A stretch of DNA of 64,000 nt from Priapulus caudatus. Taxonomy: Eukaryota. The translations under genes and the position numbers were made by a program. Shown in pieces: positions 1 to 12,200 of this stretch. Below the pieces are notes generated by a model. That model saw only the letters and a program-made list of their open reading frames with translations. It was not told the origin of the DNA and searched no databases. Position 1 is the first letter of the stretch; each line of letters starts with the position of its first letter. Location of the stretch: contig NW_014577089.1 of the NCBI RefSeq assembly GCF_000485595.1, positions 287,485 to 351,484 of the forward strand. The letters run 5' to 3'.

Positions 1-692
1 CACATGATTATAACGATGTTCAGAAAATTGAGAATAGATTTACGAAGTTACATGATGTTTACTGGTAAGAGCCGTTTGATGTAGACTTGTCCCGGCGTCA
101 TGCCTAAAGGCAATGTTTCCACAATACCCATGTGTTTGCCCAACTTTTACTAGTATGAAAGCAGTGCACGCACAAATCACATTTTTTGACTATAGTGTTT
201 GTCAATAGGCTGTCCTGATAAAATAAGTCACATGTAAGGACACAATTACAGACACATCTGACATCGTTGTAAATATTTAAACTGGTCCCCGTCAACTACG
301 TAAGGTCCACTCTACTAGCTCACTCACTATGCATCAGCGTGTGAATAGAATAAAAGGGTCTAGTAAAAGTAAAAAAAGTCTAGCAAATAATATAAGCCAC
401 AACATACACACAAACATACATACGAACATACTATACTACTTTATATTATAACAATATAATACATCAATAGTATCACAACAGTTTTCCAATTAGTGCAATA
501 GTATCAACAATAGTACTTCAACTACTGCAATACTATTACAAAAGTAAAACTGCAACCAATAGTCACAGCTACTCTTAGCCATCCAGTCATTATTAAGCAG
601 TTAAACAATCCTCCATGTTAGGGGAAGGACAGGGCGATGGAATTTAAGAATAGCTACAAACGTTTTTATTACTTATAGTATTATATACTTAC

Positions 693-818
693 TTAGGTAG
701 ATATGAAAGGTGAGAAGATGGCCGAGGAGAGCCAATGCAATGAGGCACAGTACTCCCGAGGCTGCCAAAACGCTGAGAAACACCTTGTCACAGACGGGCA
801 CAAACAGTTTCAGTACAT
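693..818 (-). CDS. ZDHHC1: ZDHHC1-like coding exon 6 (transmembrane helix 4)
   Basis: [41 protein letters not shown]; ttttgcag acceptor, GTAAGT donor. Confidence 0.9.
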
Positions 819-3800
819 CTGCAAAAAAAAACATCATTATCATTATTAATAGAACTGACATCACTGTTGTTGTTTTTTACCAAAATGATGAAGGGTAAGC
901 TAGAACATTTCACTTTTCAATACTTGCTCAGTTTTTAGTATTAGTTTTAACTAAGAAGTTTAACTTAGAACCAAGTTTTAAGTAATTTAAAAATTACTTA
1001 TATATATATATATTTAGACTACATGTACGATTTTACAGTTAAAAATAGCTGATAGAGTAATTGTAATATCACTTTTTACGAGTAGCTTCTGTATGAACAA
1101 AATAATACAATAGTCTCAATTATCTGACATAGTCAATTCGCGTGCTATATGTATATTGTATAATGTTTGTACTGTGCACGCATGCATAGCGTTTTGTGCA
1201 ATAGATTGCCAATGCCTCGTCTCTCGGTGCATCACCTACCTACCTCTACTGACGTAAGTTCGTTTGGTCATCAACCACGCACCCGCACGCGCGCACACGC
1301 ACCCGCACGCGCGCACACGCACACGTGCGCGTGCGAAAAGGCAATTACATTATGTTAACGTGTGTTATACCGATTATACGTGATGAAAAAAAAATGTTCA
1401 TGCATCATGCATCCTTCTATAATTACTCTCTGTATTTTAAGTTAATCGATTTACCACTTGGCAGCGTAAGCACAAAAGATTATTGTACCGTACGTGCATT
1501 ACCTGGTAGTCAAGAGAAGAGAAATCTTTATAGCAGGGATAATACTGTAGATTAAATTCTGGCTGCATCAGATAGTAAACGATTAAAGACGTCCGCTTGA
1601 TATTCATGAGCTTGAAATATACGTAGCCTTCATACTCAGGGTATTTCACATAATTGAACACGCACTTTCTTGGTCACTTAAGCCCGGCGCACACGTGAGT
1701 TATTTTACTCAAGTAAAATGACACACGAGTCATTTTACTCACGTGTATGGCGGATTTTGGTTGAGTAATTTGACGCATGCGTCATTTTACTTGAGTAAAA
1801 TAACTCACGTGTGCGCCGGGCTTAAGTGACCAAGAAAGTGCGTGTTCAATTATGTGAAATACCCTGAGTATGAAGGCTACNNNNNNNNNNNNNNNNNNNN
1901 NNNNNNNNNNNNNNNNNNNNNNNNNNNNNNNNNNNNNNNNNNNNNNNNNNNNNNNNNNNNNNNNNNNNNNNNNNNNNNNNNNNNNNNNNNNNNNNNNNNN
2001 NNNNNNNNNNNNNNNNNNNNNNNNNNNNNNNNNNNNNNNNNNNNNNNNNNNNNNNNNNNNNNNNNNNNNNNNNNNNNNNNNNNNNNNNNNNNNNNNNNNN
2101 NNNNNNNNNNNNNNNNNNNNNNNNNNNNNNNNNNNNNNNNNNNNNNNNNNNNNNNNNNNNNNNNNNNNNNNNNNNNNNNNNNNNNNNNNNNNNNNNNNNN
2201 NNNNNNNNNNNNNNNNNNNNNNNNNNNNNNNNNNNNNNNNNNNNNNNNNNNNNNNNNNNNNNNNNNNNNNNNNNNNNNNNNNNNNNNNNNNNNNNNNNNN
2301 NNNNNNNNNNNNNNNNNNNNNNNNNNNNNNNNNNNNNNNNNNNNNNNNNNNNNNNNNNNNNNNNNNNNNNNNNNNNNNNNNNNNNNNNNNNNNNNNNNNN
2401 NNNNNNNNNNNNNNNNNNNNNNNNNNNNNNNNNNNNNNNNNNNNNNNNNNNNNNNNNNNNNNNNNNNNNNNNNNNNNNNNNNNNNNNNNNNNNNNNNNNN
2501 NNNNNNNNNNNNNNNNNNNNNNNNNNNNNNNNNNNNNNNNNNNNNNNNNNNNNNNNNNNNNNNNNNNNNNNNNNNNNNNNNNNNNNNNNNNNNNNNNNNN
2601 NNNNNNNNNNNNNNNNNNNTACACGGAGTAAGGTAAATGTATTCTTTGATAGATTAAACCAAACGAAATTGGTAAGATGGATGACAGTGCTTACTAGACT
2701 AATGACTGTAATCCCCTAATTACATCAAATTATACATGTATAATTGTATGTTATTTCTCTATTCTATATTTTATAGTGATTATGACTCTACTTCAAATTC
2801 AACTGTGTAAATATACACTTCAACTATTATTGCAAACTGTTATGTGATCACAATAAATCTCCAGTTGTCTTATGGTATTATATCTTTCCACTCGCTCCCT
2901 CCATCTCTCCCTCTCCCTCCCTCTCTCTGCCTCTCTTCCCTTCCTCTTTTACTATGCCACTCATATACTATAACATGAATTGCAAACAAGAGGTAAATAA
3001 CTTACAGTTACAAGTAGTGCTATTGCAGGTAATCTGCCTCGTGGAAGAAAACGATTCTGATAACTCTGTGCTCCATTGTTCACCTATGGCAGTAGATGTT
3101 TCCGCAATCACTGTGGCCGCTTCAGGGTCACAAAGATCTGCAAATGATACATGGCTTATCCTAGTATGACAGAATTAAAATCCAATGGCTGCAGCGCGGT
3201 CTGTCATCTCCGTCATCAACAACGGCTGGAAGCTCTACTCATGATCAGCAATGCTAATTAATGCAAATTGGCTTGTGCACTAGCGAGTTAACATGCAACT
3301 TAATTGGTGTAGCTTCTCTCCTCATTTATTCGTTTATATTGTAATCATATAGGTATACTATACCTCAATGCCAGAAATAAACCTATTACAATCAACTGTA
3401 ATACTCAGCTTTCTAGCATCAACAATATACAGAACCATTGCCTGCACTCTAATATAATATATCTATACAGGGAGGACATTTATTATACCATTTAAAATGA
3501 TTCCTGTGCATAACTGTGCCAGGTAATGTTTACCCATTATTAAGTTGTTGATCAATTAAGGAACATACTTATTTAAAGGGTGTCAATGGTGCACCATAAA
3601 GGCATTTGGCAATTCCTCATTAGTATGCACTAACTGCAGTAAAGACAATCAGTGGAAAGAAGCCATTTCATTACACTTTCACTTACCTTTCACCCTGACC
3701 ACACCACCACCCAGCTAGTGCCATATCTAAAGCTCATACCTAATGTACTATTAGTATTACTAAACGTTTATTATTACTAAATTCACATAGCTTATTACTC

Positions 3801-6800
3801 GGAAACACAAAGATCTGGCCTAAGGATGTCGGACAAGGCATTGCAGACCTGTATCTGTGTGTATGTGATGTGCATATGCATAATACACAGTACACACACA
3901 CGCACGCACGTACGCACACACACACACACATTCTGCTGCCATTCTGAAATCTGAAAAACCCTGAATACCGAAACGCATCAAGCCCAAGGGTTTAGGATAA
4001 GAGATTGCTGACATGTACATGTATGTGTATATTTGCATATTATGAGTAATATACAATACATATATTGTGTTATCGTTCATAAATCCGAAAAACTCCAAAT
4101 TCTGACACAGATCTGGTCTGAGGGTTTATGATAAGGAATTGTGAACCTGTAAATGTAATTTGACAAAGTTTACTTGCAATCACATTTGTGCTTGTATTAC
4201 AGAACACCAGTAGATTACCTACTTCTCTGGCCAATGTTTTTTTGTAGGAACGCATCACAAATCTCCGGAGTATTTAGCGGGACATAAGTGAAAACATGTC
4301 AAAAGTTTGTTCGAAAAAAAAATTCCCTGTTCAAATGAACACTTCTTTTTATTGAAGTGAAATTTCTTTTATTCGAATGAACTTTGTGATATATTATTTC
4401 AATCATATCACTTAAAAAAACCTCCTTGCCAATCACACAAAACGTAAGTCAATGGAAAAACGTGAATCTCATTACATATGCTTTTCATGAAACTCATGCC
4501 TTCCATGATGTTGGGTATTAATGTACAGCTAACCATTGTAAAACGAACAAAACCCTAGAACTGTTCTACAGCCGAATGGGAACTGCATCACCTACCTCTG
4601 TAAGGCTGAAGGATGCGCCACTTATTGACAAAGTAGCCTATAAAGAGCACCAGGCACACGGCGAGAATGACGAGGCCGCCGACAAATGCCGTCGCGACGC
4701 ACGTGATGAACAGGCTGAAAATACACAACATGTACACGTGTACATGAATGCTCGCATGCTGTCACATGCCATATATGTGCACGGTAGAATATTGAGAGAT
4801 TGCGAGTATTTCTATTTTTGTATGAAAACCAGGATTTAACGCAAGGGATGTGTTTTCGTGATGAGTTTTGTAATTCATTGCAACTTTTTTGATAATAAAC
4901 AATATTAATCATATATTAGATTATTAAAGATAGGATTCACTGAACTGGAGAAGCTAGCCCTAACTCTTGGTCACTCCTGGACATTCTGGCCGTGGCGATA
5001 TCACTGCGATGTCAACAACAATATGTCACCACTCAATCCTGATCATGTCATTTAACTACCTTTCACTAGACCTTAATTTTCAATTACAACCGGCCACGTG
5101 CTATGCCCAAACCGAGATTACAACTTACACAAACTTAGAACTTTTCATACAGCATTGAGTGATTTCGCAAAGAGGAGATATTTCAATTTAAAGCAGTGAA
5201 TGGTTACCACCGGAGTAGGAGCTGTCAGTACGTATATATAACTACTAAGGGCAGTTGTCGCCAACTACATGTATCCCCCATGATCTAGTATGAATGAAAT
5301 ATCTCTGTAAGGACGTAGAAGGTAGGTAAAGTTAAATAAGTCACAAAGACAAGACACTGCCTGAGATGTGCAAGTATGTTAAAATTGGTTGCCTTAGGGG
5401 TTTTGGTACGCGACACACCTTCTCCCCAAGATGTGTAAGTATACGAAGTTTGCTCGCGCTAGATCAATTAGGGGCCGAGTTATAGAGCAGAAGGAAAATA
5501 TGATAAAGGTCAAGGTCAAGGTCAAGGTCAAATAAAGGTTGCAGTGACATGGTTTCAGTACGCGACACACCTTCTCCCCAAGAAGTGTAAGTATACCAAG
5601 TTTGGTCACGCTAGGTCAATTAGGGGCCGAGTTATAGAGCGGAAGGGAAATATAATGAAGGTCAAGGTCAATGTCAAATAAAGGTTGCAGTGACCTGGTT
5701 TCGGTACAAAACAACCAACCCTCAGAATTAATTTCTGCTCAGTCATGTGTCGACGTGAGCTATTGTAATATGCATGGTGTCAGTTGGCAGCCACACACAC
5801 GCACGTCATCATGGTGGTGATTCGGTTGATTAAAATAGTCAGCAACCGGAAAACCATGTAAATATGGGGCGAATAGATCTTAGGTGTTCAACAAACCTAT
5901 CCGCAAGGCGGCGTTTTGTTTCGCCAATATAGTAAATTTGGCATTTAACGCATTTAATGGCGTAGATGAGGTTCGTCGACACGCATATAAATGAATCCCG
6001 TACTATAAATTTGCCCCGAGGTCCTTGAACCACAGACCTATTCGTGATAAAATTGCAAGTACTGCATCGTTTCCGTCAACATGGGTATGAGCCAGGTTGG
6101 CTTACGGGGTTGTCAGAGTTGTAAACGGTGCTTATATTGAAACAAGAGTGTCGCGGAGGTTGGTATCACGTCTGTAAGAGCATAAAAGTGGGTTTGAAAA
6201 GATGTTTAAGCAGTGATTGGATCGTTTTGAAGAATTTTATAATTATCAATTAACAAACTTTTGATGTGCAGGATTGAAGGGTGATGAGTTAAAACCAATG
6301 GACATCTGTCTGATGTCTTATTCACGCCGTCTTTTCTAGGGGTTATTAACGACGCCCGATTTAAGGGATGTATCTTTTTTAATTTCTTAGATAGATCAGA
6401 TTGATTATAGCCACGGCGTGTAAAGTATTCAATCATAGTTAATGTATGCATTCAATCATAGTTACGAGAGAATGAACGTAAAATTAAAGACTGTGACGCC
6501 GAAATATTCTCGTCACTGCAATCTCTAAAAAGAACTTGTAAATCGAATATGTCGATTTTCCATCAAATTCGTCGAAGAATTCACTTTGCTAATAGTGATT
6601 GGTATGATCATTTAAACAAGAAGAAACATGCCAAACTCGATAAACTTTTATCGTCTAGACAAGAGCCTCAGAATCCAAATTATCACAACAAAAAGCTCGT
6701 CGTATGTGTTCCACCTGAACTCCCACTGGATGAATCTGAACGTGTCGTCTTAAGTAAAGGTTTGAATTTTGTTCCAATCAAACCTCAAATAGATCAGTAC

Positions 6801-7788
6801 AATACCATGCGAGATGTGGAGAGTTTCTTCCGCCGGCTTCGCCTTAGAGCTCATTTTATGAAGTCGAACGCTGCTGATGATGAGCTTGTTGACCAGAAAT
6901 GTGACAATCCTTTCCGCAAGTACAAGACCCCTTCTACTTGGACCCCGCAAACAGGTCGCTTCGCAGCTCTAGATTATTACATCTCGAAGAGCCGTCAAGA
7001 AGTTGCCAAATACTTCTCTTATCCACGCAGAGCTCGATCGTCTAACCTTACCACCACGGAACTTGCAGCGATCCGATCCCTTCGAAATCGTCAGGACATC
7101 GTAATTAAACCTGCTGATAAAGGGGGAGCTGTTGTTGTCTGGAGCCGAGGTCTCTACATTCGGGAAGGTGATAAACAACTTTCGGATAAAAATTTTTATT
7201 CCAAACTTGCCTGTGATTCAAACACTCCTGAAATTCAAATTCTTGTCAAAAACCTAATTACATCATTGATTAGTAATAACGATCTTCCAAAAGAGGCTTC
7301 TAATCTTCTTGTTGAAACACCTAAAGCGACCAGATTTTACATGCTCCCAAAAATACATAAGCCTGATACACCAGGACGTCCTATAGTTTCTAACTGCAGT
7401 TTCCCTACTATCTGCGGCGGCGGCGGCTGGACAGACATGAAACAACCATAGTATCCCCGCCGACTTCGTCGCGGGGGATACAATTATACACCACCATCAT
7501 ACGCCCCGGGACCATATTGTCGGGGGTATCATATATATTCATTGCGCTATAAACTTGTATGTTATTGACAATTTATCTATATTCCTATTGATGTGTTTAC
7601 TGGTAAAGATAAATTAGTAAAGGACCTTACTTAGTGATAAATGTACTATTGTAGTATTTCTACAACGAGAGAAGAATATATATAAAGAGAAGGAGAAAAA
7701 GGGAGGCAGCCAGAGAGAGGCTAGGGAGCACCAGTCGGTGAGAGAGAGAGGGGGTAAAAAAGAGAGAGCGAGAGAGGGGAGAGAGAGA

Positions 7789-7824
<36 letters not shown>

Positions 7825-9215
7825 GAGACACAGAGAGAAAGAGGCAGAGAGAGCATGAGAGAGGTGTGAGAGAGTGGGTGGAAGAAGGGGAGGAAGGTAT
7901 GGAGGGAGTGGTAGGAACAGAGAGAGGAAGGGGTAGTAGGGAGGGGCGATTTGTTTCTTCACTTTCATTTCCTTTTGGATCACATATATGTCATGACAAC
8001 CACCATTCATCCAAACACAACTCCTGACAGCAATCTTCTATTGCACACTCACTGCTCAGGATGGTTGTTGCAAGTGTAGCCATGGAACAAACTAGATACT
8101 ACGCCTGCAGTGTTAGGTTCGCACATTCTCAACACTACTGATAACACTGCAGCACTTGGCTGCTAATGCAATTTTACTGAAATGCGTAAATCTGCACTCT
8201 CTGCAGAAGGTGCATTACGCCGAGTATTCACGTAAAACACCACCAGTGCACTCTACTACAACGTCTCACAACGTACTAGTATCGCATAACCATATCTGAT
8301 TGCAAACAGCTGTTGGCAATCGACCGAACGCTTGCAATACAGACGGACTTAAATATTACTCTCTACTAGCTGCGAACGACACATGAACTATCACTGCATC
8401 CAATTAATTGCCTTGATTCCTTCATTTCGATTTCTCAAAAAATATCACCCTCTTATGATACTTCAGTGAACTGATTATCAATTACAAATGAACCGTGATA
8501 GAGGAAATGACAATGAACAAATTTATCAAGCGATTGCACACAACTGATCTGGCCAAAATCGCGTACAGATGCAAACCTTTATAAAGGGACAATGACACAT
8601 GATATGGACATAATGATGCCTCACTTTACACCAGCTGTAATTGTAACTGTATTAAAGGAATATCCAAAATAGACTGAGATTCAATTAACTCTGTCCTAAC
8701 AGAAAGAATTCATATCAATGACGAAATATTTTGTAACATTGCTAACTCTCAGAACATAATAATAACAGAGCCCTTCTTCTTACTCATTAATTCTGTCTGC
8801 ACAGTCGATTTTATCACTGTGATCACCTTTAGACTTGCCCAGTGCAGAAATAGCGATTTCCAGTTGTACAACAAAGTCAACCATTGTCAACCAAAGTCAA
8901 TGTACCATTGTATGACCAATTTAAACTAAAAATCTGTATATTGCAATAGTTAGTGCTAATAGTAGTGTAATTGTTAGATTCAAGGCATAGCAAAACAAGG
9001 ACCACAATGTAAATAAGTGTGCTAGTCATGCTTTTTGTGTATATATCCTTGGTAATTATCCAATTTTATGAATTCAAAATTTTATTGTAGAATGTATTGT
9101 ATATGATGGATAATTGTCTAAATAAATAAATAAATAAAAAATAAAATAAAAACAGCAATGTTACCCTGAATGTGATGCAAAACTTGATATTGTGTAAAAC
9201 AAAATTCAAACATAT

Positions 9216-9246
<31 letters not shown>

Positions 9247-12200
9247 CACACACATATACGTACTTAAGCATGCACATTGTTTGTCTGGCCACAAGATTCT
9301 TGGCCCAGTCTAGATCCAATTTTAAGAAAGAGAATCTTCGACCAGGAATATTGTGTTACAGGTATTTACTTTTTATTCTAAAAACTCTAAACAAAACAGT
9401 TGATTATAAGTAAGGGGTAAATGTCTCACCTGTAATTCCTTCCACCAACACAATTGTTCAACCACTTGCAATGGTGATCAAACTTATAGACACATTTGTT
9501 GCACGCTGAACAGTGTTTTGACCCCTTGTGGCTGGAATCAAACAAGTCAAAGTCAAATTGAACTGCAAGTCAAAAACATTTACTCTTTATATATGTTCAA
9601 GTGATGAATAACTGAGGGCCCACCACGACTTATTAAGTAGTAAATTCATAAACAGATGGATGGTTATCAATGATGTTTATCATAAAACTTGCATGGCTCC
9701 TCATTGGTTTTTAGTGTATTATAATTTTCTTAACAGACCATAGTATACTGCCAGGAAATCTTTATCCATATATTTATTCTGATCTGATTACCCAGCACCA
9801 CAGAAGATATTATCATCACTAGGTTATGCTGCCACATAACACGCAGTGACAAAGACGACACATCTTTATCTGATTTCCCAAATTGTAATAAAAGCACTAA
9901 ATTTGGCACAACTGTACAAGGAAATGTGCTAAATAAAATAAGTGGTGGACCTATACTATTTCGTAATTAGTTGAATGCAACATGTTTCATCCGTTATAGG
10001 ACGAGGAACGAAAATATGCGGGGAAGTGTGGAACACGTTTAAGTCACTAACGCTGAGAGGGTCTATGTCCCCCTGGATACGGTCCGGTATACCGGAACGT
10101 ACTCTGGTACTATCTAATATGCCGGACCGTATACTGCCTCGCATACTCCACTAACGAGTCTAGGGAGTCGCTTACGCCTACTCCCTAACCCTAACCATAT
10201 CAGATAGTTACCAGGGTACGTTCCGGCAGTACCCTGGGGGGACATAGACCCTATGAGCGTCACTAACAGAAGAAAGAATTAAAGCGTGCAACACCACCAG
10301 CCTAACTTCAGCTTGCAACACTGTAAACTATCGTGTAGAGCTTCACACTTGTAAATGGAGCTACGTAACACGCTGTTAACACAGGGAGCAAGATCAATGG
10401 AATACGTCCTTCGAACGCAGGCATTGATGTTATACTAGGACTGTAAATGTCACGTATCAGTGTGGGCACACAAAGGGCCAAGCACAAATTTTATGCTCAA
10501 CAAGTCCACTGAAATGGGAATAGCACTATTAGCAGCCAACAGAAAACGAGTAGCACCCGCACTGGACAGCACTGCCAGAGACATCACTGGTTTGTCCAGA
10601 GCATATTCATTGCAGGCCTAAGAAAGCATGTTATGTGGGAGTTTATACAAATGTATGATGAACGAGTTCGGATGCATTGAATCGTGTGTCAAGGAGGCAG
10701 TGCATAATAGGGAAACCTCTGAAAGAGTGATTTCTATATAGATGAACACGAATGTCAGCACGTGTTTCTTAAGGATAGACTCAGGGTTGTTGGGGGAAAT
10801 TTGGTCAAAATTTTAACACCCATTTTATTTGATAGATGGTGCCTCTGGGCAGCTATGTAGGTATAGATAATTATGTATATGGTATCCCAAACAGTTATAA
10901 TTTAATATTCGTTTGTTTAGTACAAAATTGTGAAATTTGTTTAAATCACATGTTAACTACATTACTTATAATGCAATCAGCAAACAAATATAGTGTTTTC
11001 TTTCCAGGAACTATTTGCGCTAGTGTAGGCCTACTGTTCGCGTTCTCGGTCATTTTGCTTACCAGCAATTTATGTGTATCTATACGCCAAAACTTTCTCC
11101 GAGAATGTTTTCAAAATGCTCTACCTCGGAGCACATTTCTGGCTTAATAAGAACATTTTGTGATGTTTTCTTACTGCAAGTATGCTCGCAGTAGGTGTAT
11201 TTATGCATTTTCTTGCGAGGATTAGCCACTTTAAATACACAACTTCTAATTATGTTGTCAGCGTAGGCTATCGACGTGTGTAGATGGTGTTTGATTGGAT
11301 ATGATGAGTAGTTATGTTGTATTGCCCTTTTGAGAGGTACATGTCCATAACCCTGAGTCTATCCTTAAATGTTGGCACACAGCATTTGTTGTTCTCGAAT
11401 TTTATGATACAACTTTGTGAATAGTCTGTGAGTATTTTAATATAATTTTGTCCACGTAATGTGATAGTATCTGCATCATATACGTAATTTCAATTTGAAT
11501 ATGCGCTGGTACATCCAAGTCTAATAGTTGTTTTATTTTTGCCTTGTTCTGATGAAGGGAAATTAGAGGTAAACACAAATTTCAAGACTGGAGCAAACAT
11601 AAAATTATGTTTCATGGCACGTGACCTGCTCTCAGTGAAAAAAATACACGGGGGCTCGGGGCGATTTAGCCCCCGAAATGCCAAAAAGAGCCCCGGAAAT
11701 GACAAATAGAGCCCTTGTAAATTTGCATAGAGTTCAATGCAAACCAAATTTTAGAGTGCTATTTTCATGCACGCGAGCTTGAAAAGTAGCCCCCGAAAAA
11801 TAAATTATATTTTTTTCCCTGCCTGCTCTGCACCGATTATGTAGTAGTATTTTTATAGTCATATAACAAATATATCACAATCCAGTTCGACTTAACTCTA
11901 CAATAGTCCGACACTCTATAGGCCCTACAAATTGTAAACAAGTTGCAGTGCCAACTGCGAAAGACAATAATTTGGGGTTCAGTAGATCTCGTAGTACAGG
12001 ATCTTATAATCAAGTTGTTTTTTTAACATTCTGGGTGTTTTACCACACTAATGTTTTATCACTATCAGTTCTGATATCCTGTCTTTATTAATTGGTTCAA
12101 ATGTTCTTTTTCTGCACATTGTGGCACAAATGGTGGCAAGAAACAGTGTTTACGCTAGGTGGCAGCATAGCTCAGTGGACAACATTGCTTTTCAGCAGAA

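Noticed and set aside
1623..1880. Perfect 100-bp inverted repeat as a biological palindrome
   Set aside because: It includes unique flank beyond the MITE-like end and stops exactly at the gap; most likely the assembler folded back through a TIR.
1782..2636. Long ORFs in the ORF track
   Set aside because: They run through Ns.
6549..7451. 300-aa ORF as a host gene
   Set aside because: Truncated Penelope-like ORF lacking the RT core; its last residues come from the flanking repeat.
7614..8027. Leu/Ser- and Glu/Arg-rich ORFs
   Set aside because: Translations of (GA)n low-complexity sequence.
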